Positions 37,900 through 43,051 of a stretch of DNA of 43,051 nt are shown here, one piece after another (within the stretch, counting starts at the first letter, position 1; the number at the start of each line of letters is the position of its first letter). A program made the position numbers and the translations under genes. Origin of the DNA: Bigelowiella natans CCMP2755 (lineage: Eukaryota; Protista; Cercozoa); assembly GCA_000320545.1 (NCBI GenBank), contig ADNK01000064.1, positions 1 to 43,051 of the forward strand, read 5' to 3'. Under the pieces are notes generated by a model. That model saw only the letters and a list, made by a program, of their open reading frames with translations, was not told where the DNA came from and searched no databases.

Positions 37900-39550
37900 A
37901 CCAAAAACATCAAGCAGCTCAGATGTATTACACACCGTGTATTTCACAGATCGCTGTTACTTCATCTCAGTTTACGATTTCTGCTGAAATAAAATTGTGT
38001 GATGCACAGATAATGAAAGATTGGGCTGCAGGTCTTCGTTGAATTATGATAAGAGCACTATCTAGCTTTATTTTCTCTAGATCCATCGATCCCGACTTAA
38101 TCTGCGCTCTCGTTGACACCATGCGCGTTACGTTCGCTAATCGATAATATCAGATATAGCTGCACGAATCAAATCGTGTGAATGTTCTTCACCACTATGC
38201 TATGTGGCAGGAACTGTTGCACTGCGTGACGATACGGCACATGCTACATGCAAATCAAACCGTCTTGTTCTAGTGTTCGTAGTCAGTGCATCGCACATGC
38301 TAGCATGGACGTATAGTACAAATAGCATGTTCATATGGCAATGTGATGATGAAGTCTAGATCCAACGTACGCCATGTGCTGCGGCGGCAAAATCACCCGT
38401 GACTGACTGCGCGCGTGCATCACTGCTAGAACACCACACTACTAGACTAGCTAGCTTTGTGCACACCAGTCTAGCTGTCCCTGCCCTTTAGCCATATGAG
38501 GCTATATAGCGTACGCACGTACGAACATATATAGTTTAGTACACATGTTCTTTGCTTTTGACCCGGTATGCTCTATAGCCACATAAGGCTATATACTGCT
38601 AATCCAAGCTATAGCTAGACTAGTAGAGCTAGCTACGTGGTAAGTTATAAAGTGTGTAATTGCTTATGTCACTAATCTAGTAACTACTTCGCAAAACTAC
38701 ATGTCGCACCGAAATATAGAAGTCTAGACTTGCACACACCTGTATCAATCCCGGTAACGAGTGGGTTTTGAACAAACTGTGCTTTGCGCCTGCGGTCTGG
38801 CGCGCTCAATCGTTGCAATTGGACATTGGAAGCACACGCGAGCCTGTTTGAGGTTCAAATTTGATTTTTTTCTCGAATTTCAGCTTGAAAACCTCATTTT
38901 TCAACGCCTGCCAGCGGGCGAAAATTGAAAAATTCTTACCACTTTTGAACACGCTAGCGCATTTGCATTTGCGTGCCACAAGTTTTGCAAGCTCATGAGG
39001 GTGTGTGCACACTAGCTTCATGGACGTGCGAAGTTTCAGCACACGCACGCAAAAAGCATGCACCTGCTAGCCTGGGCGCACATGAACGCGCATATACGCA
39101 AATGTGCACTCAATGACTCTCAATTAAAAATTCATGCCATTCGTTACACGTTTGATACAGTTGTGCATAGCTAGCTAGCACAGACTTCTATTAGACTACT
39201 ATAGATTTGTCGCATCTAACGCATAGCATTATGTAGGGTTCGGGACATTCGGGGCAGCGGTAGCCAGCTAGCTATATAGCTGCTAGAACGTAACAACATT
39301 ACATGACGAATGACGACGCGCTTCTTTTAATTGATATTGCGTTCACATGTGTAGATGTGCATTTGCTAGGCATTTGATGATGCCTACTACACTAGTATAG
39401 CTTTCATTTCTACTCACGGCGTCTGGCTAACTAGCTAGCATCACACCCACAGCCAAGCTTCAGTAGCCGCGCGTGCGCATCACAGTGTTGGCGTCGTGGC
39501 AGTCAGCGTGCAAAAATTGGCATGAGGGAATCATGTTTTACTAGATGCAA
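37900..39550. other. CTAG/TGCA-rich intergenic island between the LHC 3' end and the USP 5' end
   Basis: CATGCTAGCATG at 38296-38307, GCTATATAGC at 38501, AGCTATATAGCT at 39270-39281. Imperfect 22-bp internal repeat at 38489 and 38576. Confidence 0.7.
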
Positions 39551-39747
39551 CCATATTGCAGGCTGCGAAAGTATCTATCTATCACAAGAAAGAGTTTTCG
39601 TGTGACATCGTCCGTTCGATCTTTGTGGGAAATATCAAATCGAAGAGTCTAGATACGCCACTGTTGTTTGATCAATATATATTAATTATTGATCTAACTC
39701 CACAACGTTTTCACAGAAACAGGAAAGTTCGTCCCGACTTTCTATAT

Positions 39748-42261
39748 TCAGTTGAAGGAGGTAGGAGCGTGTACATTGAAAGGATCTGCCAAGTGATCAT
39801 TCAGGTTGTCCAATGGCGATTTTCCTAATTAAAAATCACATGACAAAATGACGATGCTTCCAACTCTTTATGTCAAAAATCGAATTTGATCATTGTGTTA
39901 CGACAGCAAACACAAATATGCATTTGACTACCGGTTGAGAAACCCTGTACGTAGAAACCAAGCATGGCAAGCATGGCAACACGTCCATTCTTAATCTCCT
40001 TAACCTGATTATAAACAAGACAACACACGGCCAACATAGAAAATTAGACTCGAAAGTAATCCGTTTCAAGATTTAATTGAATGAGAAATGTGCATTCTAG
40101 CGTGTCTTCTCAAAGAAAAAGATCATGCTCTTTCTACACTGGTTGCTGCTGTTGTTGTTGCCACTATTTCTAGGAACCTTAAGCTCCTGCATCTTTTTAG
40201 GGTCTTTAGCAAGCTTCAGAGGATCAAACATGCCGCCAGGATACATGCCTTGCGATCCTTCCTCACTCTCATAGTATCCTCGATAAATTTCTGCTCCGGC
40301 CTGGAAAATAGTGTGGAGGAAGCGTTTACCATTGCAACAATAGATGGATTGAGTCTGAATTGTCCCACATAAAAATTATGATCCCTTCTACTCTCACTAT
40401 GTCAACATAATGAAACTAATTATGTCAAAACTCATCACACCGCTCGGGAAACTTATATGTAAACGGAACTAACTGCTAGAAATATTTCTGTTCTCTCAAT
40501 CAGTTTTAAGACAAGACAGGGTGCCACGGAGTAAATCACTTTGTGTAACTATATACCATGAGGAAGAATTGTGCAACAAAAATAGCGGCGATGTTCGATG
40601 CGTGGACGAAGTTAGGGTTTCCCAAGTAGTCAATTGGCTTGCCTTCAAGCAACTAAGAATGATTAATCATTTATAGTAAATTACAGAGACCGACGGCTAG
40701 TCGAAGAAATTATGGTAAAGAGTTACGGATAATCATCCTCTCCCCCCCCTGCCATTTTCCTACTTACTTGCTTTCCAGGATTCCACCATTTAGCATCAAT
40801 TGGGTACCCCATTTTGGAGAGAACCTACAAATTGTGAGAAAGGAAGAAATCAGTGGAAATGAATGCATTGAGGACTAGCATACATTCATGTGCCGTCTAA
40901 ACTCCAAGCTCGATTTCTTTTTCTCTTTACTGTCACATCGACGTTACCCTTTCTCATAACAACCAACTCAAACCAATGCTGTTATCTTTCGATTTCCCTC
41001 TCCACCCACAACCTTAGCCTCAATTTTTCATATTTTGATGATTCCCCAACTCTACCATCATCATGTCATTTGGCACTGCTACTTAAGTTATGGAGAGTAG
41101 ATTATGGTAGCGCCCTACATCTTGTCCGAGGATTCCTGCAGCTCCAAGCATAGCCCAACGGCCGTGGTAAAGCTCTTCATTTGCTCTTTCCTGAAGATCG
41201 TCTTCTCCGAGGTTCCAAGGATCAAATCCGAAGTCGCCAGGAAGCTCTCCCTTTAAATGAGGGGGGACAACGTCCTGATAGGGATGCATCGAATAAGCAG
41301 AAGATAGATATGTAAACTACTCTATGATAGTGGTGTCTTCTTTCTTCTGTTGCATGCATATTTCTTCTTATTCTGGTGTCTGAATATCTGAGAATAACCA
41401 CCTTTCCACCAGGGTACCAGTTTTGACGGTTTGGTCCATACCTTTATAAAAAAGTGCGGCAAGGGTGTTGTTGCTTAATCAGAATGAAATGGAATAATAC
41501 GAAGATGAATTGACAACCATTCAACATTTGCACAGGCGGCATCCCTCAAGAAGTTGTTCTTTCCTTGGATGGCGGTAGCACATGCAACCTGAGAGAAACA
41601 AGTTACAACAACACGGAATTTGTGAGAAAATACTGGGTTAAATGTTCTTGTGTGTATAGGCTCCACTGAATAGTACTTTCAAAGATCGAATACATTTTAT
41701 TCAAGACTCAATACGTATCTATGTTCCTGTTCTGAAACTAGATGCTCTGTCTTCTCTAAACACAGACTTACTTCGTTCGCAAGCTGCTTATATTGCGCAG
41801 GGGAAGCATTTGGCCCGACAAGTTGGGTCACAGCCTTGCCAACCTAGGTTGAATAAGAAATTGGAAGATGTCGATGGTGGTAATGAGAACGACACTGCAA
41901 GTTAAGGAGATGGAGAGACAGTGACACACAGACGGCTGTGTTACCTTTGCAAGCGTAGCAGGATTCACACCCTTGACTGTTGAAGACACAAAAAATTAAA
42001 TTTTTGGAAATATACTGATATCCATTTATTCTTGTGAAGAATGAAAGGCAATGATTACGTTGGTTTGCTGCAACAGTTCTGAGATTGTTTGCTGAGCGTG
42101 CAGTCACTCCTCGGGAAAGTGCTGATAAAGCAATTGTTAGTCTTTCCCCCTCTTCTTGTGAATTATATATGACCTGGAGCTTGGTTGTAAGAAAGGGCGA
42201 GAACTGCAAGAGCACATGCAGCAGCAGTAGCAGCGAGGGCAGGCTTCGACATGGATCCCAT
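39748..42261 (-). CDS. Light-harvesting chlorophyll a/b-binding protein (Lhcb-type) with bipartite plastid-targeting leader, ~12 exons
   Basis: Spliced product: [29 protein letters not shown] (signal), [17 protein letters not shown] (transit), [105 protein letters not shown]...N*. Confidence 0.95.
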
Positions 42262-42659
42262 AGTGGTTCGGTGTGTGCAGACAAATGAGATAATTAAGAG
42301 CCCCCCACAGCCGCCTAAAGAGCAATGTTTCGGCTCTTGGACCCTACTCATATATTTTAAGGTAATTTAACCAAATTAACTTCCTTCAGTCACGCTCAAA
42401 ATGCTCTTTGGCAGAACCTCATATTCATGAATCTAGCTCTTTTCCCTACTGCGACAACATGGGAAAAGAAGTAAGTAAATAAATTGGGAATCTGAACACA
42501 GTCACATTTGCACTCTCCTAGTTCAAGCCAGATTTGTACTATCCTCTCCGTTTTGTTATTGCGACATGAAAAGCCAGTAGTTTTCTCATTATTCTTCATA
42601 GCTGGTTTCCAATCCAACGTTGGGCAACAACAAAGAACAACTCCTGACAACGAAAACAG

Positions 42660-42690
42660 CAACAACGAAAACAACTACTAGATCTACAGC

Positions 42691-42727
<37 letters not shown>

Positions 42728-42905
42728 TTAAACAACAATTTTCCTTTTAAATTGCACACCTTACATACCTATCATTAAATTTACCAGAATAAAGGCCCCA
42801 AACCTAAAAAAAAAAAAAAAAAAAAAGGCTCAAACCTAGATCTAGTCCTATAAGTCACAAATTTTGCTATGTTTTGCCATAGTTAGTTAGTTAGTTAGTT
42901 AGTTA
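42660..42905 (+). repeat. (CAA)n, poly-A and (GTTA)n simple repeats
   Basis: Directly visible: CAA run ~42690-42726, A run ~42807-42826, GTTA run ~42884-42905. Confidence 0.9.
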
Positions 42906-43029
42906 ATCTTTTCGCGCCCTTGACTTCCCAGATATCCTCATCGTCGAATTGAGCTTACTTTTTATAAGCGTAATGCCGCTGCTGCTACGCTGTTCGGTCG
43001 GAATCTTCTCGCCGCCATTCCACCCCTCC
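42903..43029 (-). CDS. Possible last exon of a gene truncated by the window end
   Basis: TTGCAG acceptor then an open frame EGWNGGEKIPTEQRSSSG...ARKD*. No recognisable domain. Confidence 0.3.
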
Positions 43030-43051
43030 CTGCAACGTGTGGGGGGGGGGG

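Noticed and set aside
38806-39063. 85-aa ORF as a transposase, RT or kinase fragment
   Set aside because: No diagnostic motif is recognisable.
42155-42173. A 19-nt nucleomorph-size first intron in the LHC gene
   Set aside because: A 52-nt intron (42173-42122) with a CTAAC branch point and TTTATCAG acceptor is more canonical and gives a cleaner transit peptide.
1-43051. CRISPR array, tRNA/rRNA/snRNA genes, non-standard genetic code, functional gene cluster
   Set aside because: No repeat-spacer array or RNA-gene hallmark was seen by eye (Infernal and tRNAscan were not run). Long ORFs read under the standard code. The genes serve unrelated pathways.
43040-43051. Terminal poly-G as a G-quadruplex or telomere
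   Set aside because: A homopolymer at the sequence end is most likely an assembly break or an intronic poly-C tract on the - strand.

Overview
This is intron-rich eukaryotic nuclear DNA, most likely from a chlorarachniophyte alga (inference: a chlorophyll a/b LHC gene with a signal-peptide plus transit-peptide leader, short GT-AG introns, TTAGGG-like terminal repeats). It is probably a whole contig, starting in a degenerate telomere-like array and ending in poly-G. Manual splicing supports seven genes: a USP10/Ubp3-like deubiquitinase (-), condensin II subunit G2 (-), a synthetase-only RelA/SpoT homolog with a likely plastid-targeting leader (+), a patatin-like lipase (-), exportin-2/CSE1 (+), a ~14 kb USP9/24/34-like deubiquitinase (-) and an Lhcb-type antenna protein (-). 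The most unusual observations are: (1) intergenic islands packed with perfect 12-20 bp palindromes that share the motif CATGCTAGCATG; (2) the giant DUB carrying an EF-hand pair and three Tudor/MBT-like modules; (3) an abrupt switch to long microsatellite-filled introns in the 3' part of that gene; (4) a ~35 bp copy of one of its exons inside an intron of the neighbouring LHC gene. No CRISPR array, tRNA, rRNA or intact transposon was recognised. Exon boundaries are manual predictions, and novelty could not be tested without database searches.
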